Shown here piece after piece: positions 38,449 through 48,146 of a stretch of DNA of 64,000 bases. Below the pieces are notes generated by a model. The model saw only the letters and a list, made by a program, of their open reading frames with translations. It was not told the origin of the DNA and made no database searches. This DNA is from a bacterium (GTDB taxonomy: Bacteria > Hinthialibacterota > Hinthialibacteria > Hinthialibacterales > Hinthialibacteraceae): NCBI GenBank assembly GCA_963662285.2, contig CAXXMV010000001.1, positions 672,001 through 736,000 of the forward strand, read 5' to 3'. A program made the translations under genes and the position numbers. Numbering within the stretch: the stretch's first letter is position 1; every line of letters starts with the position of its first letter.

Positions 38449-38810
38449 CTCTTCAAACTATAATGGTATTTCAAATCATCACCATGCGGCGAGGGGACGC
38501 AAATCTTTTTTTCTTTGTCATACTCCATTCTAGCCTAATTCACGTATCTCAAGTATTAAAAAAAAACATACACTTCGTTTAACCGCGATAACTCTGCGAT
38601 TCAAAAATTTCATGTCACGCTAAACCAAGGCATTTTGAAAAAGTTAATGATATATGAGACGTGGAGACAAATGATTATATAAAATAATAATGTTTTTTAG
38701 CAAAAAGTTTTGACAAAATCAAATTTGAGCGATTTACTTATTTCAGGATCAACTTTACTAGCGCTAGCAAGCAATGTGAGGAGCAATTAAAATCACAGGA
38801 GGTTAAGACT

Positions 38811-38894
38811 ATGAAATTCGTTGCGTTTCTTCCGTTAATTGGCGTTTACGTTTTTCTTATGGTTCAACTCATCCAATTGCTAGCGCTGCTGTGA
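38811..38894 (+). CDS. Unannotated 27-aa hydrophobic peptide (MKFVAFLPLIGVYVFLMVQLIQLLALL)
   Basis: AGGAGG RBS; TTGACA at 38710; downstream hairpin with T run at ~38936-38990. Confidence 0.65.
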   Translation: MKFVAFLPLIGVYVFLMVQLIQLLALL

Positions 38895-39226
38895 AGTGAA
38901 AAAACGTAATTAACATATATTTTTACTTAAAATACGGAAAAGGCTCTGTTCGGTTCGCTTTTTGGAGGTGAATCGGATATGCCTTTTTTCGTGTTTTTGT
39001 TTCGGGGTAAAAGCGAATATCCCCCGATAATTATAATGATCGAATGATAAACTAATGTTCAATAGAATTTGGCCGATATTCATATTACTAACTGTTTTGA
39101 AATTCCGAGGCCATTTGCAAGAGTGAAAATGATATTGTTTTTAATCAATTATATCTATATAATACCCTCTTGCATGATGCTTTAGCGTATATTTCTTAAA
39201 GGTAATACTTAATCTCGGATAGAGAT

Positions 39227-41758
39227 TTGCCGATACTCATTCAAGAGGAACCAATGGCAACGCGAAAACCCAAAAAAAAGAAGAGTTCCAGCCCAAAAGC
39301 CTTCTGGTTTTGGAGGGTATCGGAGACTGTACATAAAATGAGCAATCAAACCCAGGACGCTGTCCATGAGGCATGGCAGAATCTTGAGGAAGAGCGCAAG
39401 CGGGAAATAATGTCGATTCCGCTGATCGCTTTTTCTCTTATTTGCTTTTTAGCCCTTTTTTCATATTCGACTTCAGATTTATTAACCTATTCGTCTGCGG
39501 ATGGGCAGGCGCAGCAGATTCATAACTGGATCGGCAAGCCGGGAGCATTTCTGTCGCATTGGATAATATCCCTGTTCGGCGCCTCTGGTTATTGCATCCC
39601 TGCTTTATTGATTTTGTGGGGCATAGATAGAATTCGCCAAGGCGCCAAGTCTCCTATCCGCAAAATCAGGATTATAGGCTGTGTAAGTTTATTAATCAGC
39701 GGATCAAGTTTGATGGGCCTGTTGACGGAGATGTTAAATTCATCTGTCGGGGGAGAGCGTATTTTTAATGTATGCGGCGCTATCGGATTTTTTCTGAGCC
39801 GTCGTTTGTTGGAATTTGGCAACGCCGGCGCTTTGATCACTAATATTACGCTGCTGGCAATATCCACGCTTATCTGTACGCCATTTTTATTCACTAATTT
39901 TTTCAAACGGATATCGGAATTTCTATTCTCATCGCGAAAAAATGATGAAGATATGGACCTTTGGGAAGGCGATGACGATGAAACGGAGGATCCATTCTGG
40001 GAACCAATCGTACCAGGTTTGAAATGTGATCAATACCGTTTAAAACCGTTGCGTGAAGTTGATGAAAGCAGGGCCTATCCTCCCGCCATAACTACCCATA
40101 AAAACGATTGGGAGTTCGAACCGTTTGAAGATGATGATGGCGGCCTGCCTCCGCTTGATGTCAGTAATATAATAGAAGTTGAACTGCCCGATGCGGAGAT
40201 CAGTGAACTGAATGATATTAGTGAACCAAAGATCGTAACTCAGGAAGCAGAGACATCGCGAGAGATCGATTTGGGAGTTAACCTGGTTTCAACTCCAAGC
40301 CATATTGATTATCAGATTCCCCCCATCACTTTATTGGAAAAACCTGTACAAACGCGTCCGGAAGTTGCGCGTGAGGAGATTATTTACAACTCCAAGATGC
40401 TGGAGCAAACCCTGAGTGATTTCAATATTCCCGTCAAAGTGGTCGAAGTCAATTATGGTCCGACTATTACCTGTTATGAGTTAGAACCGGCGCCGGGTAT
40501 TAAGATCAGCCGCATCGAGAATTTAGCCAATGATATTACCCGTTCGTTGAAAGCCGAAAATGTGCGCATCGTGGCGCCTATTCCTGGCAAGGGAACGGTG
40601 GGCGTAGAGGTTCCGAACCAGCATCGTTCGGATGTTTTACTGCGGGAAATGATCGCCTGCGAAAAGTATCATAATAAAAAATCCAAATTAAAAATCGGCT
40701 TGGGCAAGAAAATAAGCGGCGAGCCTTTTGTATTTGATCTGATAACAGCGCCGCATATTCTGGTAGCGGGAGCGACCGGATCAGGAAAATCGGTTTGCAT
40801 CAACACCATAATTACCTCCATACTCTATAATGCGGCGCCTCATGAAGTAAAACTGCTAATGATCGATCCCAAGCAGGTCGAACTGGCGGTATACAAAGAT
40901 ATCCCTCATCTTTTATCGCCAGTGGTGACTGATCCAATGAAAGCGGGCGCCGCGTTGCGCTGGGCGGTGGAAGAGATGGAACAGCGCTACCGTTATTTGA
41001 AAAAAGCAGGAGTCAGGAATCTGGTAGAGTTTAACAAGAAACGAATGTCGCAACAGAACGGAGAAAAAGAGGAGACTGCATCTTCTCTGATTCTGCCTGG
41101 CTTTCTACCTTATATTGTGATCATTATTGACGAACTGGCCGATTTGATGATGGTTGCCAGAGTAGATGTAGAAGCATCCATATCACGGCTGGCGGCTATG
41201 GCGCGCGCGGTCGGGATACATCTGGTGCTGGCTACGCAACGGCCTTCGGTGGATGTTCTGACTGGCGTTATAAAGAATAATTTCCCTTCGCGCATTGCGT
41301 TTCAAGTTTCTTCAGTAGCCGATTCGCGGACTATTCTGGATATGAAAGGCGCGGATACGCTAATGGGTCGCGGCGATATGCTGTTTACTCCCGGAGGCGC
41401 CGGAAAGCCGATACGCTTGCAATGTTCTTACATCTCCACTGAAGAATGCGAAGAAGTAACTGATTTCGTCAAACAACAGCAGAAAGTGGAATATGTACAG
41501 GAAGAGTTCATTCCGCTTGACAGCGGCGCGGGAGGTTCATCCAGCAGTGATGGAGGTTCCGCCGACGATGAACTTTATGATCAGGCCATATCATGCGTCT
41601 TGGATAATGATGCAGCCTCAACCTCACTGCTGCAACGCAGACTTAAGATAGGTTATGGACGCGCAGCGCGTCTGCTTGACCTGATGGAAGATAATGGCAT
41701 TGTGGGTCCGCCGCGAGGCAGCAAACCCCGTGAGATTGTATTGAATAAGATTAATTAG
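39227..41758 (+). CDS. ftsK: DNA translocase FtsK/SpoIIIE
   Basis: N-terminal TMs; PHILVAGATGSGKS, IIIDELADLMM, LATQRPSVDV; gamma domain LLQRRLKIGYGRAARL. Confidence 0.97.
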   Translation: MPILIQEEPMATRKPKKKKSSSPKAFWFWRVSETVHKMSNQTQDAVHEAWQNLEEERKREIMSIPLIAFSLICFLALFSYSTSDLLTYSSADGQAQQIHNWIGKPGAFLSHWIISLFGASGYCIPALLILWGIDRIRQGAKSPIRKIRIIGCVSLLISGSSLMGLLTEMLNSSVGGERIFNVCGAIGFFLSRRLLEFGNAGALITNITLLAISTLICTPFLFTNFFKRISEFLFSSRKNDEDMDLWEGDDDETEDPFWEPIVPGLKCDQYRLKPLREVDESRAYPPAITTHKNDWEFEPFEDDDGGLPPLDVSNIIEVELPDAEISELNDISEPKIVTQEAETSREIDLGVNLVSTPSHIDYQIPPITLLEKPVQTRPEVAREEIIYNSKMLEQTLSDFNIPVKVVEVNYGPTITCYELEPAPGIKISRIENLANDITRSLKAENVRIVAPIPGKGTVGVEVPNQHRSDVLLREMIACEKYHNKKSKLKIGLGKKISGEPFVFDLITAPHILVAGATGSGKSVCINTIITSILYNAAPHEVKLLMIDPKQVELAVYKDIPHLLSPVVTDPMKAGAALRWAVEEMEQRYRYLKKAGVRNLVEFNKKRMSQQNGEKEETASSLILPGFLPYIVIIIDELADLMMVARVDVEASISRLAAMARAVGIHLVLATQRPSVDVLTGVIKNNFPSRIAFQVSSVADSRTILDMKGADTLMGRGDMLFTPGGAGKPIRLQCSYISTEECEEVTDFVKQQQKVEYVQEEFIPLDSGAGGSSSSDGGSADDELYDQAISCVLDNDAASTSLLQRRLKIGYGRAARLLDLMEDNGIVGPPRGSKPREIVLNKIN

Positions 41759-42167
41759 AGTGATTCGGTTCTGTTTTTTGTCTGAATCTGGATAACCAGG
41801 ATTTATAGTATGCTCAGGATTTTATATTCCTGAGCATCTTTTTTATTTCCCGGTGTTTTCTTTACGGAATGATGCCGCAACCATCCAGGATCCAATCCAT
41901 TAATCCATACAAAAACAATAGCTTATCTGGTGTTTTATCGATTTATAAGTAGAATATAAGTGTTAGGTTCACCTTGTTCTATCGGGTAGTGTTTCTTATT
42001 TCGCCCTCACCCTAGCCCTCTCCCGGAGTGAGAGGGGACTTTGGGCGCCCGACATTTTTATCGGTACAGTCATTTTTATTTGTACAAAATTTTAGAATCA
42101 TATTGGTAGTTGCTCTAATAGGATCAATCCGGGGGGGGAATTAACTTTATTCATTATCGAGGCTTCC

Positions 42168-42959
42168 ATGGACCACTTGGCTGGTTATGACAATCGATTT
42201 ATTGCCGGGACTTATGATTATGTTGTTCCATATCAAAATAGAAAAGACGTTGATTTTTTTGTGGATATGGCGAAAGAAGCCAATGGAGAGGTTCTTGAGT
42301 TGGGCTGCGGCACCGGGCGGATTTTGATTCCAACCGCGCGGTCGGATGTTCATATTACTGGTCTTGATTCATCTGCTGAAATGTTAGAGGTATGCCGTAG
42401 CACGCTTGAGAAAACATTACCCAATATTCAGAACAAGGTTAATTTGATAGAAGCGGACATGCGTGATTTCAGTATTGATCAAAAGTTTGCTCTGATTACT
42501 ATTCCCTTCAGGACTTTTCATCATTTGATAGAAAGCAAAGATCAGATTGCCTGTTTATCATGCGTTTATAACCACTTGCTTGATGGAGGAAAACTTATCA
42601 TTGATCTGTTTAATCCGTCGCTGCCTTATATCTATGACAAGCGATTCCGCAAAAACAAGGAAGAAGAACCGACCTTTATTCTACCAGATGGCCGGAAAAT
42701 GCTGCGCCGCAGCCGATTGGTTAAGAGCGATCTGGTAAACCAAGTAGTTAAAATTGAATTTATTTATGAATGGAAAAGCAAAAAGGGTAAAGTTAAGCAG
42801 CGCTCCCACCAATTTCTTATGCGTTATTTGTTCCGCTATGAAGTGGAGCATCTATTAGCGCGCACAGGCTTTTCTATGGAAACGGTTTATGCGGATTACA
42901 AGAAAGCGCCTTTCGGGTCAGAATATCCTGGTGAATTAATCGTAATTGCCAGAAAATAA
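42168..42959 (+). CDS. Class I SAM-dependent methyltransferase
   Basis: VLELGCGTGR, GLDSS and ADMRDF motifs. Confidence 0.92.
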   Translation: MDHLAGYDNRFIAGTYDYVVPYQNRKDVDFFVDMAKEANGEVLELGCGTGRILIPTARSDVHITGLDSSAEMLEVCRSTLEKTLPNIQNKVNLIEADMRDFSIDQKFALITIPFRTFHHLIESKDQIACLSCVYNHLLDGGKLIIDLFNPSLPYIYDKRFRKNKEEEPTFILPDGRKMLRRSRLVKSDLVNQVVKIEFIYEWKSKKGKVKQRSHQFLMRYLFRYEVEHLLARTGFSMETVYADYKKAPFGSEYPGELIVIARK

Positions 42960-43042
42960 TATTGATAAAAAATCGAAATAATTTAGAGAGTCAAGCAGCG
43001 CTCTGCCAGAGTGATTTGTCCTGCCATTGAGAAGCGAAATTC

Positions 43043-44980
43043 ATGATTCAAATTATCGAGGGAACATTACAATTCGGCGCACGCACCATATTTTCCAATA
43101 TATCGTGGCGTATAGATTCAGGCAAACGCATAGGTCTGGTCGGTCCCAACGGAGCAGGCAAAACCACGCTTTTACGGGCGCTGACAGGTGAATATTCGCT
43201 GGATGAAGGCGTCGTCGAATCTTCTAAAGATTTAAGCATTGGATACCTGCCTCAAGACAGTCCGGAATTACCCAAACAGCTGGTGCGTGAAATTCTTTGG
43301 CAAGCTCATGAACCTTTGAATCGGATGGAACGTAAGATGGAGTTGCTGCTGGAGAAGGTGCATTCCACAGATAGTGATTCTGCTGAACACGAAAAAGCGC
43401 TGCATCAATACAGCGATATGCAGGAAGAATTTCAAAACCGAGGTGGATATCAAAGAGAGTCGGATGCGCTCAAAGTTCTGTTGGGTCTGGGATTCAAGCA
43501 TGAAGATTGGGAGCGCCCCGCAGCCGAGTTCAGCGGCGGCTGGCGCATGCGGCTGATTCTGGCCAAACTTATTTTACAGAAGCCGGATATTCTACTGTTG
43601 GATGAACCGACTAACCACCTTGATCCACCCTCGCTGGCCTGGTTTGAACAGTATTTGATGTCGAGCGGAACAGGCATGGCTATGGTGAGCCATGACCGTT
43701 ATTTTCTAGACCGCACGGTGGAAGAGATTGCCGAGATAGAACAAGGCCGTTTTACGATATTTAAGGGCAATTACTCAGATTACAAACGACAAAAAGCCGC
43801 CCTGCGCGAGCAACTGCTGGCTCAACAACGCAACCAGGATAAAGAGATTGCCCATCTGCAATCCTTCGTTGACCGTTTTCGCGCCAAGAACACCAAGGCG
43901 ACCCAGGCGCAGTCGCGTATGAAACGTCTGGAAAAGATCGACCGGGTGGAACTGGCTTCAGAAGGGCCTACTATCTCCATCCCCATGCCGGAGACTCCCC
44001 GCAGCGGCAAAGAAGTATTGATAATGGAAAATCTGGGACATTGCTATGGCGAAGTCCGCGCCTTGCATTCGTTTACCGCCACCATTTATCGAGGCGAGCA
44101 TATCGCGGTGTGGGGATCAAACGGCGCTGGCAAAAGTACGCTGCTGTCGTTGATGGCGCAGGTCTTCGAGCCAAGCGAAGGCAGCGTCAAATGGGGTCAC
44201 AATACTCATATCGCCTATTTTTCTCAGCATCAGGCGGAGCTGCAACAATCGAATAAAACGGTTCTGGATGAACTGGCCGCCGTAGCGCCCATTGAAATGC
44301 AAGGGCGGTTGCGCGATATTCTGGCGCCTTTTTTATTCAGAGGAGACGATGTCTTCAAATCGGTGTCGGTGCTTAGCGGAGGCGAAAAGAGCCGGTTGGC
44401 TTTAGCCAAACTGCTGGCGCGTCCGGTTAATGTTCTGATAATGGATGAACCGCTCAACCACCTTGACCTAAACACAGTAGAAACTCTGGAAGAGACCTTA
44501 CGTAAGTTTACCGGCACTTTGATTTTTGTGTCGCACGACCGCTATTTCGCAGACCGCCTGGCCTCTTATGTATGGGAATTAAAAGAGGGGACAGTCGAAA
44601 GGTTTCCCGGAACTTTTCAGCAATTTGATTATGCCAAACAATTAAGAGAAGAGGCTGGGAAAAATTCTAAACAGGAAGATATAAAGGTTGATGCGCCACA
44701 GGAATCGCGCAAGGAACAAAAAAGACGCGAAGCCGAAGAACGAAACCGCAGCAACGCCGAAAAGCGTCAGAAAGAAAAAAAGTGCAAAGAGATCGAAAAG
44801 AATATTCATGAGACTGAAGAAGAGATCGACGAGTTGGAAAAACTTTTGGCGTCCGGTCAGTTAATCAAGAATCCAACCGAGATGACCAAGACCAGTAAGC
44901 GCTATAAAACTCTTCTTAAAATGAAAGACAAACTATATGCGCAGTGGGAGAAGGAGATTGAGAAGTTGGAAGTGGAATGA
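43043..44980 (+). CDS. ABC-F family ATPase
   Basis: Two ABC domains (GPNGAGKT, FSGGW, DEPTNHLD; GSNGAGKS, LSGGE); no TM; C-terminal coiled coil. Confidence 0.95.
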   Translation: MIQIIEGTLQFGARTIFSNISWRIDSGKRIGLVGPNGAGKTTLLRALTGEYSLDEGVVESSKDLSIGYLPQDSPELPKQLVREILWQAHEPLNRMERKMELLLEKVHSTDSDSAEHEKALHQYSDMQEEFQNRGGYQRESDALKVLLGLGFKHEDWERPAAEFSGGWRMRLILAKLILQKPDILLLDEPTNHLDPPSLAWFEQYLMSSGTGMAMVSHDRYFLDRTVEEIAEIEQGRFTIFKGNYSDYKRQKAALREQLLAQQRNQDKEIAHLQSFVDRFRAKNTKATQAQSRMKRLEKIDRVELASEGPTISIPMPETPRSGKEVLIMENLGHCYGEVRALHSFTATIYRGEHIAVWGSNGAGKSTLLSLMAQVFEPSEGSVKWGHNTHIAYFSQHQAELQQSNKTVLDELAAVAPIEMQGRLRDILAPFLFRGDDVFKSVSVLSGGEKSRLALAKLLARPVNVLIMDEPLNHLDLNTVETLEETLRKFTGTLIFVSHDRYFADRLASYVWELKEGTVERFPGTFQQFDYAKQLREEAGKNSKQEDIKVDAPQESRKEQKRREAEERNRSNAEKRQKEKKCKEIEKNIHETEEEIDELEKLLASGQLIKNPTEMTKTSKRYKTLLKMKDKLYAQWEKEIEKLEVE

Positions 44981-45129
44981 TTAATTTGGTATAATATCTG
45001 CTGTAGGGGCGCCTTTCATGGGCGCCCGATTTGTCGGCCGGCCTGTGGAATTAGAAACACAAAAGGAGATTCGTAATCGGGTAACCACAAGGGATTACCC
45101 CTACGGTTATCCTAGACAAGGAGAATGAT

Positions 45130-46086
45130 ATGCCTATTTCATTGTTAAAAAAACAAACGATATCACGACGCAGTTTTTTGGCCAGCGGGGTTGTAATGGG
45201 GGCAGTTGCTGCGGCGCCATCATTGGCCTCTGTTAAACAAACCAAGCCGTCGGTTATTTGTTTCTCCAAGCATCTTCAGTTTTCGCGCAGTTATGATGAA
45301 CTGGCCGACATGCTGGCAGAATTGGGATACGATGGCGCTGACCTGACAGTTCGACCAAAGGGGCATGTACTGCCGGAGAATGTGGAACGCGACCTTCCCA
45401 AAGCGGTGGAGGCGATCCGTAAAGTGGGTCTGGATGTGCAGATGATTACATCCGATATTTCCGACCCGGACGACAAACTTACTAAGCCCGTATTGGAAAC
45501 TGCATCAGCACTTAAGATTCCCTACTACCGCATCGGTTCATGGCGCTACAAAAGAGACCGCCCCATCATAGAGCAGTTGAATGAATACAAGCCCCGGCTC
45601 AAAGAACTGGCCGCTATGAATAAGTATTACAATATGATAGCCGGTTATCACAACCACTCAGGCAATGGTTACATCGGCGGCTCGCTGTGGGATGTCTATG
45701 AGATGTATAAAGAGGTTGATCCTCAGTCTATCGGTTATAACTATGACGCGGCTCATGCAGTAGCCGAAGGCGGCGCCGGTTCATGGGAGACCACCTTCAG
45801 ACTGATCAATGACCGCATCTTCGGCGTTGCGGTTAAAGATTGCGCCTGGGAGAACGACGCAGAGAAAGGCTGGATACGCTCTTATCCACCAGTGGGTCAT
45901 GGTATGGTTGACTGGCCGCATGTACTGCAACTGCTGAAGGGCATTAATTACAGCGGCGTGTTCTCGATGCACTTTGAATATGAAATCCCCGGAGAAGGCG
46001 CAGAGAAAAATAAGAACGAACTTAAAGCGATTAAACGCGACCTGGATAATTTCATGGCGATGGTAAAACAAGCGGGGATGAGATAA
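45130..46086 (+). CDS. Tat-exported sugar phosphate isomerase/epimerase (xylose isomerase-like TIM barrel)
   Basis: SRRSFL Tat motif; FSKHLQ, YHNH and SMHFEY motifs. Confidence 0.85.
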   Translation: MPISLLKKQTISRRSFLASGVVMGAVAAAPSLASVKQTKPSVICFSKHLQFSRSYDELADMLAELGYDGADLTVRPKGHVLPENVERDLPKAVEAIRKVGLDVQMITSDISDPDDKLTKPVLETASALKIPYYRIGSWRYKRDRPIIEQLNEYKPRLKELAAMNKYYNMIAGYHNHSGNGYIGGSLWDVYEMYKEVDPQSIGYNYDAAHAVAEGGAGSWETTFRLINDRIFGVAVKDCAWENDAEKGWIRSYPPVGHGMVDWPHVLQLLKGINYSGVFSMHFEYEIPGEGAEKNKNELKAIKRDLDNFMAMVKQAGMR

Positions 46087-46088
46087 CT

Positions 46089-47435
46089 ATGAAAACTCTA
46101 AATATACTTTCTATATTGGCCGTTCTCTGCTTATTACCCTTTATTACATTGAACAGCGACGCGGCGGAGAAGACTGAAGGCTTTTTCGATGTAAAAGATG
46201 TGGGAGAACCAGGCGGCGACGTTCCCCTAGTGCAACCCTGGAAGACTATTGCTCTAGACAAAGATTATGGCGGCTTATGGATTGTGTCCGGTGATGTTGA
46301 CAGCGACGGCGCTGCGGATATCGTCAGCGCGGAAAACTTCAATGAAGGCGACGTGCATTACACCAGCGCTGTGGTGGCGCAGAGACTTGATGGATCGGTT
46401 ATATGGCGCTGGGGAGACCATAAAGCAGGCCGCAAGATATGGCATCACGATGTAGCCTGTCAGATTCATGATTGGGATGGAGACGGCGCCAACGAAGTGA
46501 TTCTTTGCTCTGAAAGCCATATTGTTGAACTGGATGGAAAAACCGGGCTGGAAAAGCGCCGTTTACCCATCGAAAAAGAGGCCAGCGATTGTCTGGTCTT
46601 TTGCGACCTTTCCGGTAAAGGGCGCCCCACTGACGCGCTGGTCAAAAACCGCTATAACCAGATTTGGGCTTATAACTACAATGGCGAATTATTGTGGACC
46701 GTAAAAGATCCCGGTGGATACCGCACGGCTCACCAACCACGCCCCATTGATTTAGATGGCGACGGACGCGATGAGATCATGGCCGGTTACGCCATGTTGA
46801 ACGCCGATGGCAGAGTACGCTGGGTTTATCAATCAAAAACAGTCGATCAAAAACGCGGCCATTTGGATTGTGTGCGCGTGGTTAAACATGCGAAAAAGTT
46901 AGAAGACATGCGTCTGGCGTTAACCTGCTGCGGCGCCAATAACATTGCCATGATTGATGGCAATGGCCAGGTAATCTGGGAAAAATCGGGTCATCATTTT
47001 GAATCGATTACGGTGGGAAAGATTGATCCAAAACAAACTGGGATGCAAATACTGGTTGATATCGATCACACGCCTCTGGGACAAAGCCCCATGTGGGTGC
47101 TTAATGAAAATGGCGTGCAGTTGGGGCAGATAACCGCTGATTATTGCCGCCACCATCGCTTGATCGATTGGACGGGCGACGGATTTTGTGAAATATTCGT
47201 AGCTCATAACCGGGCGGTTTATAACTACCAGGGCCAACGCATCGCAACTTTGCAAGCGCCTAAGAATAATCCCAAGGGTGAAGACAGTCTGCTGCCCGCT
47301 GATATGGATGGCGATGGCGTTCAGGATGTTTTATTAGCCACGCCGGAAGCTGTTTATATTTATAAGAATATAGATGGCAAGCGGATGAGCGATTCGGTTC
47401 CTTTGGGAACTGGTTTGAATGTTACGCTTTACTAG
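46089..47435 (+). CDS. Secreted FG-GAP/beta-propeller protein (PL11 rhamnogalacturonan lyase-like)
   Basis: Repeated DxDGDGxxE/D motifs; signal peptide. Confidence 0.7.
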   Translation: MKTLNILSILAVLCLLPFITLNSDAAEKTEGFFDVKDVGEPGGDVPLVQPWKTIALDKDYGGLWIVSGDVDSDGAADIVSAENFNEGDVHYTSAVVAQRLDGSVIWRWGDHKAGRKIWHHDVACQIHDWDGDGANEVILCSESHIVELDGKTGLEKRRLPIEKEASDCLVFCDLSGKGRPTDALVKNRYNQIWAYNYNGELLWTVKDPGGYRTAHQPRPIDLDGDGRDEIMAGYAMLNADGRVRWVYQSKTVDQKRGHLDCVRVVKHAKKLEDMRLALTCCGANNIAMIDGNGQVIWEKSGHHFESITVGKIDPKQTGMQILVDIDHTPLGQSPMWVLNENGVQLGQITADYCRHHRLIDWTGDGFCEIFVAHNRAVYNYQGQRIATLQAPKNNPKGEDSLLPADMDGDGVQDVLLATPEAVYIYKNIDGKRMSDSVPLGTGLNVTLY

Positions 47436-47459
47436 ATAACCTGTATCGGGAGATAAGCG

Positions 47460-47858
47460 ATGAAGAAGGAAACTATCAGTATTCGCACTGGTTCACGCAC
47501 TGATTTTGTAACTATCACCCGGCAAGTGCAGGAGGCCTTAACCAGGATGGGCGCGGGCGACGGCGTTTGCACTCTGTACACGCCGCATACCACCGCCGGG
47601 ATATTTATCAACGAGGGTTACGATCCCGATGTGATGCGCGATGTGGAAGCCGCTCTGGAAAAAGCTATTCCCTGGCAAGCCGGATACAAACACAGTGAAG
47701 GCAATGCGGCGGCGCATATCAAAGCCATCCTGACTGGCAACAGCCAGCAAGTTCTGGTTGAGGCGGGACGTTTGGCGATGGGTCGATGGGAAGAGATATT
47801 CTTCGCCGAATTCGACGGTCCGCGATCCAGGAATCTGGTGGTGGCTTTTATTGAATAA
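47460..47858 (+). CDS. yjbQ: YjbQ/UPF0047 family protein
   Basis: PHTTAG..INE, HSEGNAAAHIK and EFDGPR motifs. Confidence 0.92.
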   Translation: MKKETISIRTGSRTDFVTITRQVQEALTRMGAGDGVCTLYTPHTTAGIFINEGYDPDVMRDVEAALEKAIPWQAGYKHSEGNAAAHIKAILTGNSQQVLVEAGRLAMGRWEEIFFAEFDGPRSRNLVVAFIE

Positions 47859-48146
47859 AACATGTTTCTCTACTTGAAGATATTCGATAGATAATTAAAT
47901 AGTGCTACTATCCACATTCTTGCGATATCGTTTTTTGGGGTGATAGTTTGTGGAGGATTGTTCTTTGGCGGGTCGATACGGCTGAACCATCCTACACGAT
48001 GGTGGATTAAGATTTCAGGGTTATTTTTATCAACCCTCTCCTAACCTCTCCCAATCTTGGGAGAGGAATGTTGTTTCCAAGCGTCTTTTTATAAATTCAA
48101 TGCGATATTTTTTGAATCGTTCTAGATACAGAATTGAGGGAATATT

